DNA from: Actinomycetota bacterium
GTDB lineage: Bacteria; Actinomycetota; Acidimicrobiia; Acidimicrobiales; Aldehydirespiratoraceae
Length of the DNA: 48,457 bases
Reading direction: 5' to 3'
Assembly (NCBI GenBank): GCA_039815945.1
Contig: JBCBYI010000001.1
Location: 1 to 48,457, forward strand
Shown: positions 35,461-43,192 of the stretch, one piece after another
Numbering within the stretch: the first letter of the stretch is position 1
Layout of the letters: each line of letters opens with the position of its first letter
Program-made: the position numbers and the translations under genes
Notes under the pieces: generated by a model
Told to the model about the DNA's origin: nothing
The model's database searches: none
What the model saw: only the letters and a program-made list of their open reading frames with translations

Positions 35461-35775
35461 TCAGGCGTCGTCGTCGGCGGCGGCGAGGTCGTCGGCGTCC
35501 TCACCGTCTTCGTCGTCTTCGTCGTCGTCGGTGATGATCTCGGCGACGGCGCCCTTGGAGATCTTCAGCTCGACCTCGGGGGCGACCTCGAGCCAGATCA
35601 CCTTGTCCTCGACCTCGGCGATGGCGCCGTGGATGCCGGAGCTGGTGACGACGACCATGCCGGCTTCGAGCGATCGGATGCGAGCCTGCTGCTCCTTCAT
35701 CTGGCGCTGCTGCGGCCGGATGAGGATGAAGTACATGACGCCGAGCAGGAGTGCGAGAAAGATCAGACTGCCCAT
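35461..35775 (-). CDS. yajC: preprotein translocase subunit YajC with an acidic C-terminal tail
   Basis: 104 aa. FLALLLGVMYFILIRPQQRQMKE and the GD/GG.hG...ev core. Tail DDDEDDEDGEDADDLAAADDDA. Confidence 0.88.
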   Translation of the reverse strand: MGSLIFLALLLGVMYFILIRPQQRQMKEQQARIRSLEAGMVVVTSSGIHGAIAEVEDKVIWLEVAPEVELKISKGAVAEIITDDDEDDEDGEDADDLAAADDDA

Positions 35776-35811
35776 GAGGTTCCTGACGCTGGTGGACGGA
35801 CTCCGAGGAGG

Positions 35812-36927
35812 CTATCGGGCGCCCCACACCTCGTGAACGCCGAGCCGGAAGTCCTCGAAGGTTCCCGAGCCGATGGCGTCGGCCATCCGATCCATGAACC
35901 GCAGCAGCCAGGCGACGTTGTGCAGCGTGACGATGCGGGCGGCGGTCGGTTCCTTTGTCATCAAGAGGTGACGCAGGTAGCCCTTCGACCAGCGAGCGGC
36001 GGGGCTGCCGGGCCAGTCGGGATCGAGCGGTTCGGTCGACGTGGCGAACTCGGCACGGGTCAGGTTGTACCGGCCTGCGTCGGTGAGAATCGTGCCGTGG
36101 CGGGCGAGGCGGGTCGGCAACACACAGTCGAACATGTCGACGCCACGGGCCACCGACTCGACGATGCCGATCGGGTCGCCGAGGCCCATGAAGTAGCGGG
36201 GCTGGTCGAGCGGCAACAGATCCATGCACGCGTCGAGGCCGTGCAGCATCTCGCTGCGGTCCTCCCCGACGCTCAGGCCGCCGACCGCATACCCGTCGAA
36301 GCCGATGTCGGTGATCTGGCGGGCCGACTGCTCGCGCAGAGCCTCGTCGGTGCCGCCCTGCACGATGCCGAACTGGCTCTGGCGGGTCGCCGCGTTGGGA
36401 TGGTCGAGGAAGGCGGCCCGGCCCCGCTCGGCCCACTGGCCGGTGCGCTCGACCGCGCTGCGCACGACGTCGAGTTCGGCGATCGACGACGGGCAGACGT
36501 CGAGCACCATCTGGATGTCGGCGCCGATCTTGGCCTGCACGTCGACCGCACCCTCAGGGGTGAGGAGATGGGTCGAGCCGTCGTAGGTCGACCTGAAGGT
36601 GGCGCCCTCGTCGGAGAGCTCGGGCCCGAGGGAGAAGATCTGGTAGCCGCCCGAGTCGGTGAGCACGTGACCGTCCCAGTCGGCCATGCCGTGGATACCG
36701 CCGAGCGCCTCGACGACGTCGGCGCCCGGCCGCATCATCAGGTGGTACGTGTTGGCGAGGATCACCTGGGCGCCCAGAGCCTCGACGTCGCTCGCGTCGA
36801 GGTGCACGATCGCGCCTCGGGTACCGACCGGCATGAATCGGGGCGTCGTGAATTCGCCCCGCGCCGTGGTGACCACACCGCAACGGGCCTGGCCGTCCCG
36901 GGCCGTCTCGGTGAAGCTCGCACGCAT
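35812..36927 (-). CDS. tgt: queuine tRNA-ribosyltransferase
   Basis: Motifs TPRFMPVGT, YAVGGLSVGE and DCVLPTR. The tracked ORF starts at GTG 36933. I prefer ATG 36927 (MRASFTETARDGQARCG) because a TAGCCT -10 hexamer lies exactly 7 nt upstream of it. Confidence 0.92.
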   Translation of the reverse strand: MRASFTETARDGQARCGVVTTARGEFTTPRFMPVGTRGAIVHLDASDVEALGAQVILANTYHLMMRPGADVVEALGGIHGMADWDGHVLTDSGGYQIFSLGPELSDEGATFRSTYDGSTHLLTPEGAVDVQAKIGADIQMVLDVCPSSIAELDVVRSAVERTGQWAERGRAAFLDHPNAATRQSQFGIVQGGTDEALREQSARQITDIGFDGYAVGGLSVGEDRSEMLHGLDACMDLLPLDQPRYFMGLGDPIGIVESVARGVDMFDCVLPTRLARHGTILTDAGRYNLTRAEFATSTEPLDPDWPGSPAARWSKGYLRHLLMTKEPTAARIVTLHNVAWLLRFMDRMADAIGSGTFEDFRLGVHEVWGAR

Positions 36928-36934
36928 CGACACG

Positions 36935-36940
36935 AGGCTA
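36935..36940 (-). promoter_or_regulatory. -10 hexamer TAGCCT 7 nt upstream of the tgt ATG (leaderless-type promoter)
   Basis: Minus-strand GGCGCTCTAGCCT-CGTGTCG-ATG. The 13-mer is identical to the one upstream of aroB. Confidence 0.4.
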
Positions 36941-36954
36941 GAGCGCCCCGGGAC

Positions 36955-36981
36955 GGGTCAGCGCCGAGACGGCGCTGACCC
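36955..36981. repeat. perfect 11-bp inverted repeat (5-nt spacer) in the tgt / SGNH-gene divergent region
   Basis: gggtcagcgcc-gagac-ggcgctgaccc. It ends 3 nt before the first possible start (GTG 36985) of the + strand gene. Confidence 0.85.
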
Positions 36982-36984
36982 GAG

Positions 36985-39414
36985 GTGAGATACTCGTCCT
37001 CCCGGGCGGGAATGGAAGACAAGCACATGGCGGACGACACGACGGCGACGGACTCGACGACACCTGACGTGCCCGATTGGCTCCTCGGGGCTGTCTGGAC
37101 GGGGTCACACCTCGCCGCGGTGATCTCGTCGTGGATTGCGCTCAACCAACCGGCATTCGTTCTGGGCATGTTCTTGATCCTGCTCGCCGCTGCGCTCGGC
37201 ATGATCGGCGTGTTCGCAGCGCTGCGGCTTGTCGCCCAGCGCGGCGTCGGGCGTCTCGACGGGCGTGCGCTGCGCCTCACCGCTGCCTACGGCGCCGCGA
37301 GCGCCCACGTCGCCGTCGGCGGGATCGGCCTCACCCTGGCTGGGTATGCCATCGAGAACCAACCGGTCACGGCGTTCGGGGCGCTCCTCGCCATTCATGG
37401 AACCGCATTCGCTCTGGACTTCATGAACCAACGCGTTGGTGAGGGTTCCGACCGCTACAAGACCGCATTCGTGGTCCTCAGCCTCGACGTGATCGTCGCT
37501 TCCTTGCTCGCACTGTCGTTCATGGAGGACTTCGGCGCGGGCGTGGCCACAGGTGTCCTCGGCTATCTGCTCGGACTCGTTCTGCTGAAGCTCAGCATCA
37601 TCCAGTTCGCTGAGGCCGGGCGTTGGCGCCGGCTGATGACATGGACTGGGACGATCGGGGTGCTTGCCCTCAGCGTCGTGGTCGGGTTCGTTGGTGGCCG
37701 CGTCGCACTCATCTGGGCCGCCGGTGGTGTTCTGACGAGCCTGTCGGTTCTCGGGCTCCTGCTCCACAACGCGGTGGCGCTTCCGGAATCGCTCACCGGG
37801 AAGCCAATCTTCGGTGCAATCGATCCGCACACCCAGGACGAGCAACGGCGGACCGAAGCGCTGCTGTCCCCCCGGCATGCGATCGCCGCCGGAGTCATCC
37901 TGGGCATGATCGGCCTCATGCTGACGAGCCGGCTCACCGAGTCGGCTGCGGCCCCCATCGGTGTTGCCGTCGTCATCATGTTGATCGGCCTCTTCTTCGT
38001 GCTGCCCGGCGAGCTCGTCTTCGCCACGGTGATGATCGGCCTTCTCGTGACGTGGGTGGCCCATGACACCGATGCGGCTGATCCGAACGAGTTCAACGAC
38101 GAGACCGCCCTCCTCGCCGTCGGTGGACAAGGAACAGCCCAGTCCGACTCGGCCGTTCCTCAGCCGGTCTCGTGGCTCGTTGCGCTCGGCGACTCCTACA
38201 TCTCCGGGGAAGGTGCCGATGACTTCTTCGCCGGCACGAACTCGCCGGGCTCCAATGACTGTCGGCGCGCACCGACGGCGTACCCGCAGCTGGTCGGCCG
38301 CGAGCTCGGCATGTCGGTCCTGTCATTTGCGTGTAGCGGTGCCGAGACGAAGCATCTGCTGAGCGAACCGCAGAAGTCGGACCCCACGGTCATCGGCTCT
38401 CGACCACAACTCGACGCCTTCGAGTCGTGGCTGACGTCCGAGCAACCCGATCTGGGGATCGTGTTGCTCAGCATCGGCGGCAACGACTCGGGCTTCAGCG
38501 ATGTCATCAACGCCTGCCTGACGCCGAGTGCGAACTGTGCGGACGCCGAGAGGCCCTTCGTCGAGCGACTCGGCGAGCTGGCGACCCCGTTGAACGCCGT
38601 GTACACCCGGCTACTCGACGTGCTGCACGAAGCGGACCTGCCGAACGGCATGCCCACGATCCTCGTCAGCCAGTATCCAGACCCGCTCGGCGACGAAGGC
38701 GTCGACTGCAACCTCACGCTGGGCGAGGACGAGGGCGACTTCATCCGACGGTTCCGAGCCGGGCTCAATCTGCAGGTCACCAGCGCGGTCAAGACCTTCA
38801 ACACCGAGCGCGGTACCGAACTCCTGCTCCCTCGCACGGGGGATGCAGCTGCAGGCCATGCAATCTGCAACGACGAACGTTTCATCAATTGGATTCAGCT
38901 GCTGCCGACCGATGGACCGATCTGGAATTCGATCAATCCCCTTCTGTGGAAGAACGGCTCGATGCATCCCAATGAGGGTGGCCACTGTGCGATGGCGTGG
39001 CTCGTCCTCGAGTCGATCGACCCGGGCTACACGCCGACCGGACTTCCCTGCAGCGAGCCGCAAGGTTCCTCGCCCGGCTTGACGACAGGTGGGAAGGAAC
39101 AGCGTCCGGGAATCTGTGATGGAGACGAGCCATTGCTCGGCAAGGCGTGCACGGACCGGTGGACGAGTGCAGCGCTCAGTGGTTCGGTGCAGGGAGTGCT
39201 CTGGGCCGGGTCCGTGCTCCTCGTCGCCGGGATGATGTTCGCGATCGCCCTGACGTCCTACTCGATCGGCGAAAAGGCGCTTCGCCGATCGAGCACCCTG
39301 CATGTTCTCTGGGTTGCAGCGTTCGGTTCCTGGATCGACTACGACAAGGTCGCCAACGGCTACCGATCGATGTCGAAGCGCGACCGATCGCTGTCCACCC
39401 GAGCCTCCTCCTAG
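36985..39414 (+). CDS. polytopic membrane protein fused to an SGNH/GDSL (Streptomyces-esterase-like) hydrolase domain and a C-terminal TM anchor
   Basis: 809-aa ORF. The start is uncertain (GTG 36985, ATG 37012 or ATG 37027). About 10 hydrophobic helices fill the first ~380 aa. SGNH blocks follow: VALGDSYISGEG, FACSGAETKHLL, LSIGGNDSGFSDVINAC and GSMHPNEGGH. A final TM helix (VLWAGSVLLVAGMMFAIALTSY) closes the protein. More A/T-ending codons than the neighbouring genes. Confidence 0.8.
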   Translation: MRYSSSRAGMEDKHMADDTTATDSTTPDVPDWLLGAVWTGSHLAAVISSWIALNQPAFVLGMFLILLAAALGMIGVFAALRLVAQRGVGRLDGRALRLTAAYGAASAHVAVGGIGLTLAGYAIENQPVTAFGALLAIHGTAFALDFMNQRVGEGSDRYKTAFVVLSLDVIVASLLALSFMEDFGAGVATGVLGYLLGLVLLKLSIIQFAEAGRWRRLMTWTGTIGVLALSVVVGFVGGRVALIWAAGGVLTSLSVLGLLLHNAVALPESLTGKPIFGAIDPHTQDEQRRTEALLSPRHAIAAGVILGMIGLMLTSRLTESAAAPIGVAVVIMLIGLFFVLPGELVFATVMIGLLVTWVAHDTDAADPNEFNDETALLAVGGQGTAQSDSAVPQPVSWLVALGDSYISGEGADDFFAGTNSPGSNDCRRAPTAYPQLVGRELGMSVLSFACSGAETKHLLSEPQKSDPTVIGSRPQLDAFESWLTSEQPDLGIVLLSIGGNDSGFSDVINACLTPSANCADAERPFVERLGELATPLNAVYTRLLDVLHEADLPNGMPTILVSQYPDPLGDEGVDCNLTLGEDEGDFIRRFRAGLNLQVTSAVKTFNTERGTELLLPRTGDAAAGHAICNDERFINWIQLLPTDGPIWNSINPLLWKNGSMHPNEGGHCAMAWLVLESIDPGYTPTGLPCSEPQGSSPGLTTGGKEQRPGICDGDEPLLGKACTDRWTSAALSGSVQGVLWAGSVLLVAGMMFAIALTSYSIGEKALRRSSTLHVLWVAAFGSWIDYDKVANGYRSMSKRDRSLSTRASS

Positions 39415-39905
39415 GTGACCTCGGCCCGCCGGTCGAGCAACACCCACACCATCGCCATCGCCACGCCGCCGCGAGCGGTCCACAGCAACGTGCGCACGAG
39501 GTTCGACGTCATCAACGTGTCGTGCTGCTCGGGGTCGAACCCGTCGAGGAGTTCGCCGTGGACGGGCGCCGCCCAGATCATGGTGACGACAAGGATGAGA
39601 CCCATGAGCGCGGCGCCCGCGATCGCCAGTGTGCGCATCGTGCGGTCCTTCGCGAGCACGACCAGCGCGACGATCGACAGGCCCTCGAGCCCCCAGGGGA
39701 CCACCAGCAACGCGCCGATCCGGTCGATGTGTCGGCTCTGATAGGCGGGGTACGCATCGGCGCCGACGTTCTCGAAGAGCGGGTAGTGCACGACCTGCAC
39801 CGTCCAGATCAGTCCGACCATCGCCATCGTCGCGGCGGCGTGCACGGCGACGGTCGCGGCGAGCGTCCGGTCGGTGGCGACTCGTTCGAGGGTGGGGGCG
39901 GCCAT
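39411..39905 (-). CDS. hypothetical integral membrane protein (DUF1772/anthrone-oxygenase-like, 4 TM)
   Basis: 164 aa. MAMVGLIWTVQVVHYPLF and further hydrophobic helices. TACGGT lies 8 nt upstream of the ATG. The family call is from memory only. Confidence 0.55.
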   Translation of the reverse strand: MAAPTLERVATDRTLAATVAVHAAATMAMVGLIWTVQVVHYPLFENVGADAYPAYQSRHIDRIGALLVVPWGLEGLSIVALVVLAKDRTMRTLAIAGAALMGLILVVTMIWAAPVHGELLDGFDPEQHDTLMTSNLVRTLLWTARGGVAMAMVWVLLDRRAEVT

Positions 39906-39966
39906 GGCGCTCGACCGTACGGGCCGGGCGACCCTTGTGCCGAGCCGTGCGGCTAGCTTGCCGAGC

Positions 39967-40668
39967 GTGCGCGATCGCTCGTCCGCCCAGCTCCACGTTC
40001 ACGAACGTCGAGTCACGTCGCAAAACGGCGAGGACGGCATCCTCGCCGCACTCGTCGAGGCCGTCGGTGCGACGAACCGGGTCGCCGTCGAGTTCGGCGC
40101 GGGCGTCGGACCGACCGAGTGCAACACGCTGCGCCTCGTCGACGAGGACGGCTGGTCCGCCGTGTGGCTCGACGGTGCCGATCAACCTGCGCACAGCCGG
40201 GTCCACCGGGCCTTCATCACCCCCGAGAACATCAACGACCTGTTCGCCGAGCACGGCGTGCCCGACCACCCCGACGTGCTGTCGGTCGACATCGATTCCA
40301 ACGACTACTGGGTGCTCGACGCGATCGACGACCGCTATGCGCCGCGGATCCTCGTCGTCGAGTACAACGCCTCGCTCGGTCCGACCGATCGGCTGACGAT
40401 CGCCTACGACCCGACCTTCGTGTGGCAGGTCAATGACTACTTCGGCGCGTCGCTCGCCGCGTTGGCGGCTGCGGCCGATCGCAAGGGCCTCGCCCTGGTC
40501 GGTTGCGATTCGCTCGGCATCAACGCCTTCTTCGTGGCTCGCTCGGCGCTGACGGGCTTCGCCGAGCTCACCCCCGAACGAGCCTTCGTCCCCTGCGGCT
40601 ACGGCATCGTGGAGGACGGGCGCCACGTGGGCTACCGCCGGGCCGAACGCACCTTCGAGCGGGTCTGA
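39967..40668 (+). CDS. hypothetical protein with an SQNGEDGI N-terminal motif (FkbM-like methyltransferase-related family)
   Basis: Tracked from 39874, which would overlap the divergent gene. GTG 39967 lies 7 nt downstream of a TAGCTT -10 hexamer. Motifs TSQNGEDGIL..VEFGAG, LSVDIDSNDYWVL, PRILVVEYNA, YFGASL and GINAFFV. Confidence 0.6.
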   Translation: MRDRSSAQLHVHERRVTSQNGEDGILAALVEAVGATNRVAVEFGAGVGPTECNTLRLVDEDGWSAVWLDGADQPAHSRVHRAFITPENINDLFAEHGVPDHPDVLSVDIDSNDYWVLDAIDDRYAPRILVVEYNASLGPTDRLTIAYDPTFVWQVNDYFGASLAALAAAADRKGLALVGCDSLGINAFFVARSALTGFAELTPERAFVPCGYGIVEDGRHVGYRRAERTFERV

Positions 40669-40682
40669 GCGAGGATCGAACC

Positions 40683-41417
40683 ATGGCGGTCAACCGGTTG
40701 ATGCAACGCATGTTGTCGTGGCGCTACCGCGGCGACATCCCCGCCGACTGGCGGCCGTACCTGGCCGAGCTCGACTTCGTCGGCACGCTCGATGACGACG
40801 AGACGCAGCGCCTCGTCCAGCTCGCCCGCATGTTCGAAGCGGTCGTGCGCTTCGACGGCCGCGAGGGCATCGATGTCGACGAACGCAAGATCCGCCTCAC
40901 CGCACTCCAGGCGTGCCGGCTGATCCTCGAACTCGGCTACGAGCCGTACCGGTACGTCCATCGGGTCACGTTCGTGCCGGGCACGTTTCACATGGAGACC
41001 CGGCAGGGCAAGGTCCGGGCGAACGGTGCCGCCGACTCCGGCGGCCATGTGGCGCTCTCGTGGACCGAGACGGTCGCCGGGATGTACGACGGCGACGGCC
41101 GCAACGTCGTGTACCACGAGTTCGCCCACGTCCTCGACGGCTACGACGGCTTCGTCGACGGGCGTCCGAGCGTTGACGAACCGGGCCGCTGGCGAAGAAT
41201 CGTCGGGTCGTCGTACGAGACCCATCGCCGCAGCCGCAAGAAGAAGGCGCTGATCGACGCCTACGGCAAGACCAGCGAGGTCGAGTTCTTCGCCGAGATC
41301 GTCGAGGTCTTCTTCGAACGCCCCGAAGAGCTCCACGAGGAGCAACCCGACCTGTACGACGTGCTCGCCGACTACTTCGACCAACGCCCGGGCTGGATCG
41401 ATGGAGCACCGACATGA
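40683..41417 (+). CDS. MtfA-like zinc metallopeptidase (M90 family)
   Basis: 244 aa from ATG 40683 (GAGGA 7 nt upstream). VVYHEFAHVLDG (HExxH) and the C-terminal EVEFFAEIVEVFFERPEEL..PDLYDVLADYF signature typical of MtfA/YeeI. Confidence 0.8.
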   Translation: MAVNRLMQRMLSWRYRGDIPADWRPYLAELDFVGTLDDDETQRLVQLARMFEAVVRFDGREGIDVDERKIRLTALQACRLILELGYEPYRYVHRVTFVPGTFHMETRQGKVRANGAADSGGHVALSWTETVAGMYDGDGRNVVYHEFAHVLDGYDGFVDGRPSVDEPGRWRRIVGSSYETHRRSRKKKALIDAYGKTSEVEFFAEIVEVFFERPEELHEEQPDLYDVLADYFDQRPGWIDGAPT

Positions 41418-42010
41418 GCGCCGTCGATCCCTGGGACGCCGCCGCCGACGGCTGGGACGACGATCCCGCCGCCCGGGCCTACGCCGGTGCCGCCTTCGAG
41501 TCGCTCGTGGCCGTGCTCGACGGCTTCGGCCGCTCGCTTCTCGGGCTCCGCGTCTGCGACTTCGGCTGCGGCACCGGCCTGCTCACCGAGCGTTTGGTCA
41601 CCGCCGGCGTCGCGTCGGTCGATGCGGTCGACACCTCCGACGCCATGCTCGCCGAGCTCCACGCGAAGGCCGACCGGCTCGGCTGGACGAACGTCCGCTC
41701 ATCGGCGGAGATCCCCACGTCACCCGGCCGCCACGATCTGGTCGTGTGCTCCTCAGTGCTGGCGTTCGTGCCCGATCACCCGGCCACGGTCGCCCGACTC
41801 GTCGAGCTCCTGGCCCCCGGCGGCGTGCTCATTCAGTGGGACTGGCAACTCGATCCCGACGAGGCCGAGCCGTACGGCCTCACCACTGAGGCGATCCAGA
41901 CCGCACTCCGCACCGCCGGCCTCCGCGATGTCGAGGTGGGCGTCGGCTTCGAGCTGCCCTTCGGGGACATGGTGATGCGCCCGCTGATGGGCGTCGGCCG
42001 GAAGGTCTGA
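41414..42010 (+). CDS. class I SAM-dependent methyltransferase
   Basis: 198 aa. Motif I VCDFGCGTGLLT, post-I VDAVDTSDAML and LLAPGGVL. ATGA overlap with the upstream gene. Confidence 0.8.
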   Translation: MSAVDPWDAAADGWDDDPAARAYAGAAFESLVAVLDGFGRSLLGLRVCDFGCGTGLLTERLVTAGVASVDAVDTSDAMLAELHAKADRLGWTNVRSSAEIPTSPGRHDLVVCSSVLAFVPDHPATVARLVELLAPGGVLIQWDWQLDPDEAEPYGLTTEAIQTALRTAGLRDVEVGVGFELPFGDMVMRPLMGVGRKV

Positions 42011-42013
42011 CGC

Positions 42014-43171
42014 TCAGTCGGTCGGCTGGTTGCGCCGCTCCACCATCCGGGTGAAGTGGTGGGCGAAGTCCATCGTGTCGTCGGGGTTCGCATCACCCCC
42101 GAACGGCCAGTCGGGTTTCGCCGTCGGCAACTCGAACGAGAACGACTGGCTCTGCGGGATCCGGCACGCGAGCGCGTCGCACGCCTGCCATCGCACTCGG
42201 CCGGTGATCGTGAGCGACTCGATCTTGGGCGACGACGTGTTGACGATCGGCAGCCGGAACTCGACCGTGCCGTCATGGACGGGGAACACCTCGTCGGTGC
42301 CGTCGAGGTGATGGTCGTGTGCGGCAGGGCCGACCATCGCCCGCAGGCCGATCTGGTCGGTGTCGTCGAACTCGATCGTGAACGGCACCATCCCCTCGGG
42401 GGCCGGATCGGCGTAGACGTGCTGGCCCTCGGGGATCGCCAGCCGCACCACGACGTCGTGTTTCACGATGGCGGCGATGTGGTCACCGTCGTAGCGGATC
42501 TCGGCGGTGACCTCGCCGTCGGCCGGGGCGGGAGCGCCCACCAGCTCGACAGTCTCACCCTGCGCTGCCCGGATCAGCTCGGCGGAGTTGGCCCGCACGC
42601 CGAGGTGCTCGTCGAAGAACTTGGCGATGATCACGCCCTCGGCGTCGAGCACGTACGTCCCCGGGAACGGGATGCCGGCGTAGGGGTGATCGTCGGGATC
42701 GACCAGCGTGTTGCGGATGCCCAGCGCGTCGATGATCTCGCTGTCGGGGTCACTCAAGAGCGGGAACGTGATGCCCTTGTCGGCGGCGAACGCCACGAGC
42801 GCGTCGGGCTCGTCGTACGACAGGGCGTAGAGCGCAACCCCGGCCGCCTCGAAGGCCTCAGCGTGCTGTTGCAGCTCGACCAGCTGCGTGCGACACGGCG
42901 GTCACCAGACCGCCGATCGATAGACGACGAACGCCGTCGGGCGACCAGCCCGGTCGGCCTCGATGTCGACCATGCGCCCGGTGTGGTCGGGCGCCACGAC
43001 TGGTGGCAACCGCTCCCCCACCTCGGGGCCGGTCGGGAACCAGCCGACCGGATTCGAACGGGCACTCGCGCCCGGCTTGAGCGGCCCGAGGTTGCCGAGG
43101 GCATCGCGCCACCAGCCGTTCTCGAGCTGCTCGCCTCGCGTGTCGACCTCGATGTGCGGCGTCTCGCTCAT
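42014..43171 (-). CDS. thioredoxin-fold (AhpC/TSA-redoxin, Prx-like) oxidoreductase fused to a DsbD-N-like domain; in-frame TGA (42902-42904) at the redox motif W-U-P-P-C, candidate selenocysteine (alternative: pseudogene)
   Basis: Tracked ORFs 42902..43171 and 42014..42796 are in one frame, and I read no other stop between them. The translation across the junction is ...RPTAFVVYRSAVW-TGA-PPCRTQLVELQQHAEAFEAAGVALYALSYDEPDALVAFAADKGITFPLLSDPD..., a single redoxin domain. The C-terminal part ends with RWQACDALACRIP, which is DsbD-alpha-like. Confidence 0.6.
42862..42897 (-). promoter_or_regulatory. SECIS-like RNA stem-loop immediately 3' of the in-frame UGA
   Basis: Numbering from the U of UGA as 1. 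Lower stem C8-U12 pairs with G39-G43. An internal loop follows. The upper 6-bp stem is G18CAGCU23 with A29GCUGC34. The apical loop is G24GUCG28. The apical part corresponds to 42871-42887 (gcagctcgaccagctgc on the + strand). Confidence 0.5.
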
Positions 43172-43177
43172 GCGGCG

Positions 43178-43183
43178 ACGGTA
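43178..43183 (-). promoter_or_regulatory. -10 hexamer TACCGT 6 nt upstream of the oxidoreductase ATG (leaderless-type promoter)
   Basis: Minus-strand GGTACCGT-CGCCGC-ATG, with no SD in the 21-nt gap to the upstream gene. Confidence 0.35.
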
Positions 43184-43192
43184 CCGGACCGG

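Noticed and set aside
39411-39414. The palindrome CTAG supplies the stop codon (TAG) of both convergent genes, the SGNH fusion and the DUF1772-like gene.
   Set aside because: It is a neat 4-nt overlap, but an expected by-product of tight convergent packing. No functional implication can be supported.
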